Virus record (IMG/VR): IMGVR_UViG_3300036835_000374
Coordinates: 482-64,481 of that record
Length of the DNA stretch: 64,000 nucleotides
Source of the DNA: a virus
Strand: one strand, 5' to 3'
This document shows, piece by piece, positions 26,752 through 35,005 of this stretch. A program made the position numbers and the translations under genes. The notes below the pieces were generated by a model. It was not told the DNA's origin. It was given only the letters and a program-made list of their open reading frames with translations, and ran no database searches. Each line of letters starts with the position of its first letter. The first letter of the stretch is position 1.

Positions 26752-26779
26752 GAACTTCTTGACACTTGTCCAGAAGTTC
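26752..26779. promoter_or_regulatory. 28-bp near-perfect palindrome containing TTGACA
   Basis: GAACTTCTTGACACTTGTCCAGAAGTTC in the divergent intergenic region. Confidence 0.7.
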
Positions 26780-26871
26780 GCCACTGTGGAACAGCACCAA
26801 TGCAAGGGCCCCGGACGGGAGTTCGCACCTCCCGCCGGGGCCAGTCCACCCCTGACTGACCAGGAGAGACC

Positions 26872-27099
26872 GTGCCCGATCGTAACGGCCAACCCGCTGG
26901 CCAGCCCAGCCCCACGCTGGACGCCTACGCCCAAGCCGCCCAGGACTGCCGCGACATCGCGCAGCAGACCGGCGTCCGCAACTGCGACAGCGACCCCGAG
27001 TGGCGCGCCTCCGAGTACGAGGCCGAGCAGCGCTACACCGAGGCCCGCAGCGTCGGCTACTCGGCCGCCGAGGTCCTGAAGGCGGGGCGGAAGCAGTGA
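26872..27099 (+). CDS. Hypothetical protein, first gene of the transfer operon
   Basis: AGGAG RBS. Confidence 0.6.
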   Translation: MPDRNGQPAGQPSPTLDAYAQAAQDCRDIAQQTGVRNCDSDPEWRASEYEAEQRYTEARSVGYSAAEVLKAGRKQ

Positions 27100-27248
27100 C
27101 CGAGCAGCAGCCCGAGCCGGACCACACGCCGCAACCGAACCGGATCCTCGCCGAACCCGCCACGCCCGCCACGTGCGCCGCCGACTACGAGGCCGCCGCC
27201 GACGTCCGCCAGACCCTCGCCGCCCAAGAAGCGAGGACCCGCCGATGA
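27096..27248 (+). CDS. Small hypothetical protein
   Basis: Coupled on both sides. Confidence 0.5.
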   Translation: MTEQQPEPDHTPQPNRILAEPATPATCAADYEAAADVRQTLAAQEARTRR

Positions 27249-27451
27249 CCAGCGCTTGGCCTGACGGCGTGACCACCCGCTACGCGAACCTCGCCGGCGC
27301 CACCGTCGACATCAGCACCAGCCCGGCCACCGGCAAAACGTATGCCCTCTGCGGCGGCTGCCCCTGGACCGACGACAGCACCACCCCCAGCTACGTCCAC
27401 GGCAAGGCCCAAGGCCACGCCGAACGCTGCCGCGCCCTGCCCCGCCCCTGA
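27245..27451 (+). CDS. Small Cys/His protein
   Basis: CGGC...AQGHAERCRALPRP motif. Confidence 0.55.
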   Translation: MTSAWPDGVTTRYANLAGATVDISTSPATGKTYALCGGCPWTDDSTTPSYVHGKAQGHAERCRALPRP

Positions 27452-27591
27452 GACCGCCGCGCGGCCGGCTGACCGGTCCCCTCCCGTCCCGGCCGCGCGG
27501 CACGCCGTCCCGCTCGCCTCCGTTCCCCCACGGCCGAGCGGGACGGCACCCCAAGCCACCACCCCAAGACACCGAACGAAAGGAGCCCCAC

Positions 27592-27744
27592 ATGGGCCGC
27601 AAGAAGAACGAGACGACCGACCTCACCACCCCGACCAACATCCGCAAGGGCCAAGCCGTCTACGACCGAATGATCTCCGGCAAGTCCAAGGACGTCACGG
27701 CCGAGCTCCACAAGACCTACGGCACCAAGCCCAAGCGCGGCTGA
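27592..27744 (+). CDS. Small basic protein
   Basis: AAGGAG RBS, 50 aa. Confidence 0.55.
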   Translation: MGRKKNETTDLTTPTNIRKGQAVYDRMISGKSKDVTAELHKTYGTKPKRG

Positions 27745-27791
27745 CCGGCCACCCAGCAACCGGCCAAACCCGATCCGCAAGGACCCCGACC

Positions 27792-27905
27792 GTGGACGAC
27801 ACCGACCGCGCACAGCACGAGACCGACCCCGGACCCGAACAGGAAGCCGCTATCACCACCGGCCCCGCCGACTTCGGACTGAACACCGACACGACTGACC
27901 GGTAG
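27792..27905 (+). CDS. Very small acidic ORF
   Basis: AAGGA RBS before GTG, 37 aa. Confidence 0.35.
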   Translation: MDDTDRAQHETDPGPEQEAAITTGPADFGLNTDTTDR

Positions 27906-27977
27906 CCCTCGGTCCGCGTCTCGCACGCGGGCCCTGGAAATCCCTCAGCCACCCACCCCGAGCCTCAGGAGACCGCC

Positions 27978-28190
27978 ATGCCGAAATGCGCGTGGATCCT
28001 CACCGGAGCCCTGTTCTTCCTGCTGTCCCACACCATCGGGACCGCCGCGACCGTGGCAATCCCCTTCCAACTCGCCGCCTGGGTGATCCACACACCCGCC
28101 GCCCTCGTCATCGTCGCGTCCCTCGCCGCCTACCACCTGCTCAACTTCCACACCCCCCGACCCCGCCGCACCGCCCACACCCACCACTGA
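27978..28190 (+). CDS. Small membrane (Spd-like) protein
   Basis: AGGAG RBS, hydrophobic. Confidence 0.55.
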   Translation: MPKCAWILTGALFFLLSHTIGTAATVAIPFQLAAWVIHTPAALVIVASLAAYHLLNFHTPRPRRTAHTHH

Positions 28191-28223
28191 CCCCGCCCCG
28201 CCACGCGCCCCGGAGGCCCGACC

Positions 28224-29159
28224 GTGAACCGCCCAACCCGCACCCAGCGCATCCGCGACGCCGCCCTCTGGTGCCGCGACAGCGCCCTCGGCGGACTCGG
28301 CTACACCCTCGTCCTCACCGTCGCCGCCGCCGGATGGGCCGCCAGCTTCATCGGCCTCCACGACTTCGGCATGCACCACATGGGCCTCAGCCAAAACGCC
28401 GCCTGGCTCGTCCCCATCACCTTCGACGGCGCCCCCGCCGGCCTGTCCATCGTCGTCGCCCGCGCCTCCACCCACGGACGGCCCGCCCTCGTCTGGCGGC
28501 TCCTGATCGTCGGCTTCACCGGCCTGTCGTCGTGGATCAACTACCAGCACATCGACGATCCGCTCGGTCGCGGCGTCGCCGCGTTCATGCCGCCGTCCGC
28601 GGTGATCCTCTTCGAGGGCCTCATGTCCGAAGCACGGGCCGCAGCACAGCGCCGCCTCGGCCGCGCGATCCCGCGGATGCACCCGCTGCGGTGGGTGTTC
28701 GACCGGTCCGGGACCCTCGACCTGTACCGCCGGTACATCCTCGGCCTGCCACTGCCAACGGCTCTCGATGCCACCCCTGCCAGGCCGCCAGCGCCTGCCA
28801 CGAACCCTGCCAGCGCCCTGCCAGCCGAGGGTGCCAGCCGGGTGCCAGCCCCTGCCAGCCAGCCCCGCCAGCAGCCTGCCAGCCCCACCCTGCCAGCACA
28901 GGCGCCAGTGGCAGCGCCCGCGCCGGAGCAGCCCGCCACGCCTGCCAGTGCCAGCGACGCCAGCCAGGGCCGCGACCTCGACGAGGTGGCAGCCGCCTAC
29001 CGCTCCCTCCGCGCCAGCCTCGGCGTGCGCCGGCCATCATCCGCGAAGCTCGGCGAAGCCCTCGGCGTGTCCCGGTCCCGCGGCCAGCAGCTCCGCGAGC
29101 AGATCGAGACCCACCCCGACTACGCGGCGGAGTTCGCTCCGGCCCTGAAAAGCGCGTGA
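28224..29159 (+). CDS. DUF2637 membrane protein with C-terminal HTH (Spd-type)
   Basis: ASFIGLHDF, AWLVPITFDG, SSWINYQH and MPPSAVILFE motifs, four TM helices, C-terminal SAKLGEALGVSRSRGQQL HTH. Confidence 0.8.
   Translation: MNRPTRTQRIRDAALWCRDSALGGLGYTLVLTVAAAGWAASFIGLHDFGMHHMGLSQNAAWLVPITFDGAPAGLSIVVARASTHGRPALVWRLLIVGFTGLSSWINYQHIDDPLGRGVAAFMPPSAVILFEGLMSEARAAAQRRLGRAIPRMHPLRWVFDRSGTLDLYRRYILGLPLPTALDATPARPPAPATNPASALPAEGASRVPAPASQPRQQPASPTLPAQAPVAAPAPEQPATPASASDASQGRDLDEVAAAYRSLRASLGVRRPSSAKLGEALGVSRSRGQQLREQIETHPDYAAEFAPALKSA
28778..28954 (+). repeat. TGCCAG direct-repeat array (10 exact copies plus variants)
   Basis: Copies at 28778, 28808, 28819, 28832, 28843, 28853, 28877, 28891, 28943 and 28949, in two different codon phases. 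Confidence 0.85.
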
Positions 29160-29170
29160 GGTGACGTGCC

Positions 29171-31081
29171 GTGACTGACGCACCGAACGTCTGGAAGACC
29201 GCATACGGGCCCCTCCCGCGCCGCGACACGTCACGTCACCTCAAGCGGCTGCGGGGCGTTCTCGCAGGTCGCTGGCGGTACCTACTCCCGATCGGAGCAG
29301 CCCCCGCCTGGGGTGCGTGGATCTACACCGAACACTGGCTCACCGACGTGACATGGCGTGAACCCCTCGCCTACGGCGGCACCGGCGTTCTCGCCCTCAG
29401 CGGCACCGTGTGCGCAGCCGTCCTCGGCGTCCGCAACCCCGCCGCCCTCTACGCCGGCACCTTCACCAGCGGCATCCTCACCTGGTCCGCGTGGCAGGTG
29501 ACAGACCCGTCCCTGCCAGGCCTGGCAATCGGCGCCGTTGGCAGCCTGGGTGCCAGCGTCCCCTACTGGGCGTGGCTGGCACGCCACCTCCTCGACCGCG
29601 ACAAGCTGGCAGCCAAGACTGGCAAGCTGGCACCCCCGGACTCTGGCAGCGTGCTGGCACCCGACGACGTGGCAGGCGCCCTCGCTGCCACTGGCACCCC
29701 GGGCGCCAGCCTCGACCAGATGCACCGCCACCCCGACGGCGCCTGGACCGCCATCGTCAGCCTGCCCGTTGGCAGCAGCCCGCACGACATCGTCGGCAAC
29801 GCCGGCCGCATGGCGCGCCTGCAAGCCGCGCTCCGGCTGCCCCCGGGCTGGACCCTGGAAGCCGAAGACGGGGGAGCGTCGCACCACCTGATCGTCACCG
29901 CCCGCCCGCCAGCCCCGCCACGCGCCGAGGTCGTCATCCCCGACGTGCATCCGATCGTCGACCACCTCGGCGAGTGGGACCCGTGGCAGCCGCTCCTCGC
30001 CGCCCTGGACGTCGAGACCGGCGAGTCCGTGTTCCTGCACCTTCTCGGCCGGGCCGGGATCCTCATCGCGGGCCTGCAGCGCATGGGCAAGAGCGTGCTG
30101 CTGTCGGTGATCGTCGCGCATCTGGCACTGTCGAAGGCGCGGTTGATCCTCGCTGACGCCAAGCTCGTCGAACTCTCTTTGTGGGCGCCGCTGTGCCAGC
30201 GCCCGGACGACTTCGTAGGCCGGGACCCGGAGGCGTTCCTCGCGAAGCTGCTGGAACTGCAGACCGAGATCGACCAGCGGTACGCGCGGCTCGTTGAGGA
30301 AGGCCGCACCAAGGCCGCACCGGGCGACAACTGGGAGCCCATCGCTCTCATCGTCGACGAGCTCGCCGCGTTCATCGACATCCCAGACCGAAAACTCCGC
30401 GGGAAGATCGTGTCCGTTCTCCGCGACATCGTCTCCCGCGGTCCCGCATGTCTGGTGCCCGTGATCCTGGCGACACAGAAGCCTGAAGACAAGGTGGTCC
30501 CGTCGCAGATCCGCGACGTGTGCGGGCAGAAGGTCGCACTCGCCACGACCACACCGCAGATGACCGACACGATCCTTGGCCAAGGGTGGGCGTCCCGCGG
30601 CGCAACGCCGCACCTGTTCGGCGAGACCGACAAGGGCTCCGCCTGGATGCTCGAAGACGGCAGCCGGCCGCGGCAGGTGCAGACGTTCCCGTTCGAGCCG
30701 CCTGCCCGCCGCGAAGTCATCGACTACGCGCACAAGCTGTGGCCCGACCGTCCCGGGGCGCGGGTCCCGCTGCCCGGCGCCGACGAGCCCGATCCGGACC
30801 CGGACGGTGGCGGCAGGCCGCGGCTGCGGTCGGTGCCGTGCTTCCCGGACGGGACACGGATCCCGGACAACCGGGTCGGGTTGTGGCAGGCGATGGACCG
30901 TGCCGGTGGTGGCGGGTTCACGATCAACGACCTGGTGGCGTTGGGCTTGCCCGGCTACAGCGCCCGCACTTCGGTGGATGGTCCGCTGCAGCAGTGGCGG
31001 CGGTCCGGCTGGGTGGTGGAGATCGGCAAGCACGGTCGGGCGCAGTTGTTCGCTCTGGCCCGGCACGCGAAGGCGGCATGA
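29171..31081 (+). CDS. traB: TraB-like FtsK/SpoIIIE conjugative DNA translocase
   Basis: N-terminal TM helices, Walker A GLQRMGKS, Walker B IVDE, LATQKP motif and C-terminal wHTH. Confidence 0.88.
   Translation: MTDAPNVWKTAYGPLPRRDTSRHLKRLRGVLAGRWRYLLPIGAAPAWGAWIYTEHWLTDVTWREPLAYGGTGVLALSGTVCAAVLGVRNPAALYAGTFTSGILTWSAWQVTDPSLPGLAIGAVGSLGASVPYWAWLARHLLDRDKLAAKTGKLAPPDSGSVLAPDDVAGALAATGTPGASLDQMHRHPDGAWTAIVSLPVGSSPHDIVGNAGRMARLQAALRLPPGWTLEAEDGGASHHLIVTARPPAPPRAEVVIPDVHPIVDHLGEWDPWQPLLAALDVETGESVFLHLLGRAGILIAGLQRMGKSVLLSVIVAHLALSKARLILADAKLVELSLWAPLCQRPDDFVGRDPEAFLAKLLELQTEIDQRYARLVEEGRTKAAPGDNWEPIALIVDELAAFIDIPDRKLRGKIVSVLRDIVSRGPACLVPVILATQKPEDKVVPSQIRDVCGQKVALATTTPQMTDTILGQGWASRGATPHLFGETDKGSAWMLEDGSRPRQVQTFPFEPPARREVIDYAHKLWPDRPGARVPLPGADEPDPDPDGGGRPRLRSVPCFPDGTRIPDNRVGLWQAMDRAGGGGFTINDLVALGLPGYSARTSVDGPLQQWRRSGWVVEIGKHGRAQLFALARHAKAA
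29522..29696 (-). repeat. Inverted array of the same hexamer (CTGGCA, 8 exact copies)
   Basis: Copies at 29522, 29576, 29606, 29619, 29627, 29643, 29654 and 29691, again in two codon phases. Confidence 0.8.
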
Positions 31082-31082
31082 C

Positions 31083-31412
31083 ATGGAGCAGCACATTCGC
31101 ACGGCTGCCGAGCAGCAGGTGCAGATCGGGTACGACATGGCCGGCCGCCCCATGTACGCGCCGCCGGTCCCCTACCAGTACCAGCCCGTGCAGCCGTACC
31201 CGTTGCCCCCGATCCGGCAGCATCCGTGGGGTGCGTACATTGCGGGCGGCTGCCTCGGCGTGCTGGCGTTGACGGTGCTGGTGGTGGCGGTCGCGTTCGT
31301 GGTGTTCGGGTTCGCGATCCTGGCTGCGGTGCTGGCGTTGGCGGTGGTGGCGTTGACGATCTGTCTGTTGGTGTTGCGGGGGATGTGGAGGGATTACCAG
31401 AAGAGGCGTTGA
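31083..31412 (+). CDS. SpdD-like membrane protein
   Basis: Pro/Gln-rich N-terminus, long hydrophobic hairpin, basic tail. Follows traB. Confidence 0.6.
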   Translation: MEQHIRTAAEQQVQIGYDMAGRPMYAPPVPYQYQPVQPYPLPPIRQHPWGAYIAGGCLGVLALTVLVVAVAFVVFGFAILAAVLALAVVALTICLLVLRGMWRDYQKRR

Positions 31413-31543
31413 CGCGCGTGCCACACTGGGTGTGTCGAATGCAGCCCCCGCCGGTCCCCGTCCGGTGGGGGTTCGTCGTTTTCACCCCGGTTGTCGGTGC
31501 CAGCCGCTACGATCCGCGGCATTCGACACCGCTTGGGGGGACC

Positions 31544-31777
31544 ATGCGCCACAGACCGGTTGTCTGCCTGCTTGCTGCCATGCTCGCGCTCGCTGGCTGC
31601 TCCGGCGACGACCACAAGCCGGATCCTGCGGCATGCCGGAAGGCGATCAAAGCGCAGTACGTGCCGGGCACAGCGAAGTTGAAGGGTGAGCCGGAGCGGC
31701 CGAAGGAGTGCGATGGTCTCAGTACGGACCAGGTATCGAGCATCGCGGAGAGCGTGATCGAAGAGCTTTCGAAGTAG
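31544..31777 (+). CDS. Small lipoprotein
   Basis: Signal peptide with lipobox LAGC and two further Cys residues. Confidence 0.75.
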   Translation: MRHRPVVCLLAAMLALAGCSGDDHKPDPAACRKAIKAQYVPGTAKLKGEPERPKECDGLSTDQVSSIAESVIEELSK

Positions 31778-31789
31778 ACGGGCGTGCAG

Positions 31790-31824
31790 CGGCCCCGCTC
31801 CGGATCACCGTCCGGGCGGGGCCG
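31790..31824. terminator. Bidirectional hairpin terminator
   Basis: CGGCCCCGC...GCGGGGCCG between convergent genes. Confidence 0.6.
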
Positions 31825-31840
31825 TCGTCACGCGGTGGGC

Positions 31841-32014
31841 TTAGCGTCTCAGTGTCTTCCACGTGAACCAGCGCCAGAGGTCGCGCAGGTGCCACATGCG
31901 CGTGCCAGGTCCGGCGCGGTCGGGTACTGCCGTGATGTAGATGAACGCGACCCAGAACCCGATCAGGACGACGATGGCTGCGCTGGGCAACAGGGCGTTC
32001 ACGAAGTCGCTCAT
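31841..32014 (-). CDS. Small single-TM protein
   Basis: MSDFVNALLPSAAIVVLIGFWVAFIYIT..., 57 aa, coupled. Confidence 0.55.
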   Translation of the reverse strand: MSDFVNALLPSAAIVVLIGFWVAFIYITAVPDRAGPGTRMWHLRDLWRWFTWKTLRR

Positions 32015-32361
32015 GTGGTGGGCTCCTCGTCCGGGCGCACCGGGCCCGCGCCGAGGGCTCGCGCCGTGGACTCGTCGAGATATGCCCGGTGCTTACGGAC
32101 ACCCTCCTCGTCGTACGGCGCGTCCACCCCGATCTCCGCATGGATCCGCTGGTACACGCCGTCCTCGATCAGTTGGATGTCGAGTTTCTCCCACGGTGTC
32201 GGGCCGACGAGCGGCGTGATGGCCTTGATACGGCCCTCGATCCAGTCGCAGTGCATCGACCAGTTGCCTTTGTAGGCGCTGCGGCGGGCGGTCTGGAGGT
32301 CGGTCCATAGGCAGGACAGTTCCTCGGATAGGGCCTCGCGTAGGGTCTCCAGCTCGTTCAT
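32011..32361 (-). CDS. Hypothetical protein
   Basis: GAGGAG RBS, coupled. Confidence 0.6.
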   Translation of the reverse strand: MNELETLREALSEELSCLWTDLQTARRSAYKGNWSMHCDWIEGRIKAITPLVGPTPWEKLDIQLIEDGVYQRIHAEIGVDAPYDEEGVRKHRAYLDESTARALGAGPVRPDEEPTT

Positions 32362-32663
32362 GCGCTCGTCTCCTCGCTGCCCACCGGGCGCTCCGGGGCG
32401 GTGGTCGTCTTGCGGAGCCGTTCGGCCCTCTCCTTGTACCGCTCGTCAGTCTCGATGCCGGCTTCGCGCGCCATCTTCCGAACGTAAGCGGCGGTCCAGC
32501 CGGACGCCTTGGTGACCTCGGTCGGCTTGTGCGCGCCATCCCGGAGCGCGGCGAGCACGAGTGCCTTGAGCGCGTCGCTGGACTGCTTGAGTCGTTCGGC
32601 GTCGCGCTGTCGTCGTGCGCCGGCCGCTGCGATCTCGTCGAGTGTGGGTCCCTGGGTTGCCAT
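32358..32663 (-). CDS. Small HTH protein (same type as 17010-17222)
   Basis: GAHKPTEVTKASGWTAAYVRKMA motif. Confidence 0.65.
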   Translation of the reverse strand: MATQGPTLDEIAAAGARRQRDAERLKQSSDALKALVLAALRDGAHKPTEVTKASGWTAAYVRKMAREAGIETDERYKERAERLRKTTTAPERPVGSEETSA

Positions 32664-32769
32664 GAGAACAAGGTACCGCAACAGGGTTGCGATGCCACCC
32701 CCTCAGGCGTACAGTCTGAGTCACGGCAAGCGATAGCAGGTATCGCTACCGATGAGCCAAGGGGATTCG

Positions 32770-33153
32770 ATGAACGCCAAGACCCGCACCCGCCGCAACG
32801 GCCTCCACGCCGCAGCCACCACCAGCAAGGCCCTCGGCTACCGCACCCTCTCCGGCATCATCGCCACCCACGTCGACGCCGGCCGGCTCATCCGCACCGG
32901 CGACTTCCTCAACCGCATCGGCGGCAGCGACCTCCCCGACGGCAAGCAGTCCTGGTTCGGCCGGCACGTCGCGAAGGCCTACCGCGCCGCCACCGGCCGC
33001 GAGCCCCTCCGCGTGTGGGCGCAGCACCGGACGACGGGCAAGTGGATCCACGTCTTCGTGTACGGCGCCATCGACCCCGCCCTGTACGCCGGCCTCCGCT
33101 CCTACAAGGGCACCCAGCACCTCCTCCGCGCCTCGTACTCGGAGGCTGCCTAG
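32770..33153 (+). CDS. Hypothetical basic protein
   Basis: Divergent from the HTH gene. GGGGG RBS. Confidence 0.6.
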   Translation: MNAKTRTRRNGLHAAATTSKALGYRTLSGIIATHVDAGRLIRTGDFLNRIGGSDLPDGKQSWFGRHVAKAYRAATGREPLRVWAQHRTTGKWIHVFVYGAIDPALYAGLRSYKGTQHLLRASYSEAA

Positions 33154-33234
33154 ACCAACTTCACCGCGCACGACCAGAAGGATCAGCCGACCAGCCCCGC
33201 GCTGGCGTACCAGCAACGTCGTGCTGCGCGTTCC

Positions 33235-34263
33235 ATGGCCCGCTTTCAGGCCCGCCTGGACGAACTCGGTGCAACGCTCCTGGAGGACAGGTGGCTTGGG
33301 CGAGACGTTCCTCACCGGGTCCGCTGCGCAGCCGGCCACGAGTGTTCGCCGCGCCCCAGCGGCGTGATCAGAGGCCAGGGCGTCTGCCTCATCTGCGCAG
33401 GCAGGGACCCGCGCGTGTCCGAGGCTGCGTTCCGGGCCCGGCTCGCACAGTTGGGCGCGACGCTCGTCGAGCCGACCTGGCTCGGCGTCGAGCGTCCTCA
33501 CCGTGTGATCTGCTCGAACGGCCACGAGTGCAGCCCGCGACCACACTCTGTCCAGCAGGGGCAGGGGATCTGCGCGACTTGCGCCCGGCGCAGCCCGGCG
33601 CTGGCCGAAGCCAAGTTCCGCGCCCGGCTGGCCGAGGTGGGTGCGACACTCCTGGAGTCAAGTTGGCTCGGCGCCAGCACGCCTCACCGGGTCCTTTGCG
33701 CCGCAGGACACGAGTGCAGTCCGCGCCCCGGGAACGCCTACTCCGGACACGGCATCTGCGAAGCCTGCGCCAGCCGGTGTACCCGGACGGCAGAAGCTGC
33801 CTTCCGGGCCCGGCTGGAGGAACTGGGTGCGACCCTCCTCGAACCGAAGTGGCTTGGGAACGACCGCCCGCACCGAGTCCTCTGCTCCGCAGGGCATGCG
33901 TGTCGTTCACGCCCCGCCCACGTACAGCAGGGGCACGGCGTATGTCGCTTCTGCGCCAACAAGGAGTGGGACACCTTCTACGTCGTCGCCAACGGAGACG
34001 ATCAGTTAGTCAAGTTCGGCATCACCAATGGCGCTGGGCGCGCTCGCCTGGCGAGGCACCGACGCGACGGGTTCACGACGGTCATACGCCTGTTGCGGGG
34101 GCTGCCCTCCGACACGTCCGTACAGATGGAGGCCGACGTCCTTGCGACGTTGCGTCTCGCGCGCGAAGAGCCAGCGCGTGGCCGGGAGTACTTCCCTGAC
34201 CATGTGACGGCCCTCGTGCTCGACATCGTCGACCACTACCCAGGCGTTCCCCGCCCGCGCTGA
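33235..34263 (+). CDS. Four Zn-ribbon repeats plus GIY-YIG/T5orf172-like nuclease domain
   Basis: 4 copies of about 62 aa (FRARL.ELGATLLE..WLG...PHRV.C..GH.C..RP.....G.G.C..CA), then FYVV...VKFGIT...RL..H...E...GREYF. Confidence 0.7.
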   Translation: MARFQARLDELGATLLEDRWLGRDVPHRVRCAAGHECSPRPSGVIRGQGVCLICAGRDPRVSEAAFRARLAQLGATLVEPTWLGVERPHRVICSNGHECSPRPHSVQQGQGICATCARRSPALAEAKFRARLAEVGATLLESSWLGASTPHRVLCAAGHECSPRPGNAYSGHGICEACASRCTRTAEAAFRARLEELGATLLEPKWLGNDRPHRVLCSAGHACRSRPAHVQQGHGVCRFCANKEWDTFYVVANGDDQLVKFGITNGAGRARLARHRRDGFTTVIRLLRGLPSDTSVQMEADVLATLRLAREEPARGREYFPDHVTALVLDIVDHYPGVPRPR

Positions 34264-34409
34264 GCGCCCGGCTGCCGACGACAAGCCGGCCCGCACCACC
34301 ACCGGCCTCGCCACCGTCACCGTCCTCTACCCCGTCGACCTCCCCATCGCCGGCCGCATCAGCCTGCTGGCTGACGCCCTCGCCGCCTGACCCAACCCCA
34401 GGAGAACCC

Positions 34410-34589
34410 ATGCTCTACGCACGCGTCACCGCCTACCTCGACGACACCGGCACCCACACCATCAGCGGCATGATCACCGCCAGCGGCGGCCGCTACGACG
34501 ACATCAAGCACATCCGCTGGGACGACGGCATCACGTCCCACGTCGCCGAGCACGACCGCGGCACCACCTGGGACTACGACGAGGACTGA
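34410..34589 (+). CDS. Small hypothetical protein
   Basis: AGGAG RBS, 59 aa. Confidence 0.55.
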   Translation: MLYARVTAYLDDTGTHTISGMITASGGRYDDIKHIRWDDGITSHVAEHDRGTTWDYDED

Positions 34590-34647
34590 CCCACCGCAGG
34601 CCCGCCCACCCGGGCGGGCCCGCCTACCGCGAGAACGGAGCCCTGAC

Positions 34648-34959
34648 ATGATCAGCCTCGCACCCGCATACGCCGCCCGAGCGACCAACCACCTCGCCCG
34701 CCTGGGCTGGACCGCCATCGCCACGGCCGACTACATCGAGGTTCGTATCCCCATCGAGGCGACCGGGCAGCAGGCCGCCGCGAAGAGGGGCGACTGCCTG
34801 TACGTGTGGCCCACGGCGGAGGGCATGCGGTGGGAGATCCGGCCGCCCGGCGCACCGCAGGGCCAGGGTGAGGTGCTGGATCTGCCGGGCTCGCACTACG
34901 TGCAGCTCGTCGCCGAAATCGACTACCTGTTGCAGCCGACACACGACCCCGCACCGTGA
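34648..34959 (+). CDS. Hypothetical protein
   Basis: GGAG RBS. Confidence 0.55.
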   Translation: MISLAPAYAARATNHLARLGWTAIATADYIEVRIPIEATGQQAAAKRGDCLYVWPTAEGMRWEIRPPGAPQGQGEVLDLPGSHYVQLVAEIDYLLQPTHDPAP

Positions 34960-35005
34960 ACTCAGCGCACACACCGTTCGCCGCCTGACCGCCCGACACG
35001 ACAGG

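Larger units (their letters stand above)
26302..31412. mobile_element. Streptomyces plasmid/AICE-type conjugal transfer cassette embedded in the phage
   Basis: Divergent HTH plus operon of small ORFs, DUF2637 protein, TraB-like FtsK and SpdD-like gene. No own integrase or Rep recognised. Confidence 0.8.

Noticed and set aside
28778-29696. CRISPR array or simple protein low-complexity repeat
   Set aside because: Units are 6-8 bp with irregular short spacing and no cas genes. Occurrence in two codon phases and both orientations argues against a purely protein-level repeat.
29282-31153. 623-aa - strand ORF (also 55005-57008, 49775-51331, 5562-7013, 32529-34199 and similar long ORFs)
   Set aside because: They overlap well-supported genes in other frames or strands and show no motifs or RBS.
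33235-33975. Insertion sequence or transposase
   Set aside because: No DDE/HUH motifs or terminal inverted repeats. The repeats are protein-coding Zn modules.
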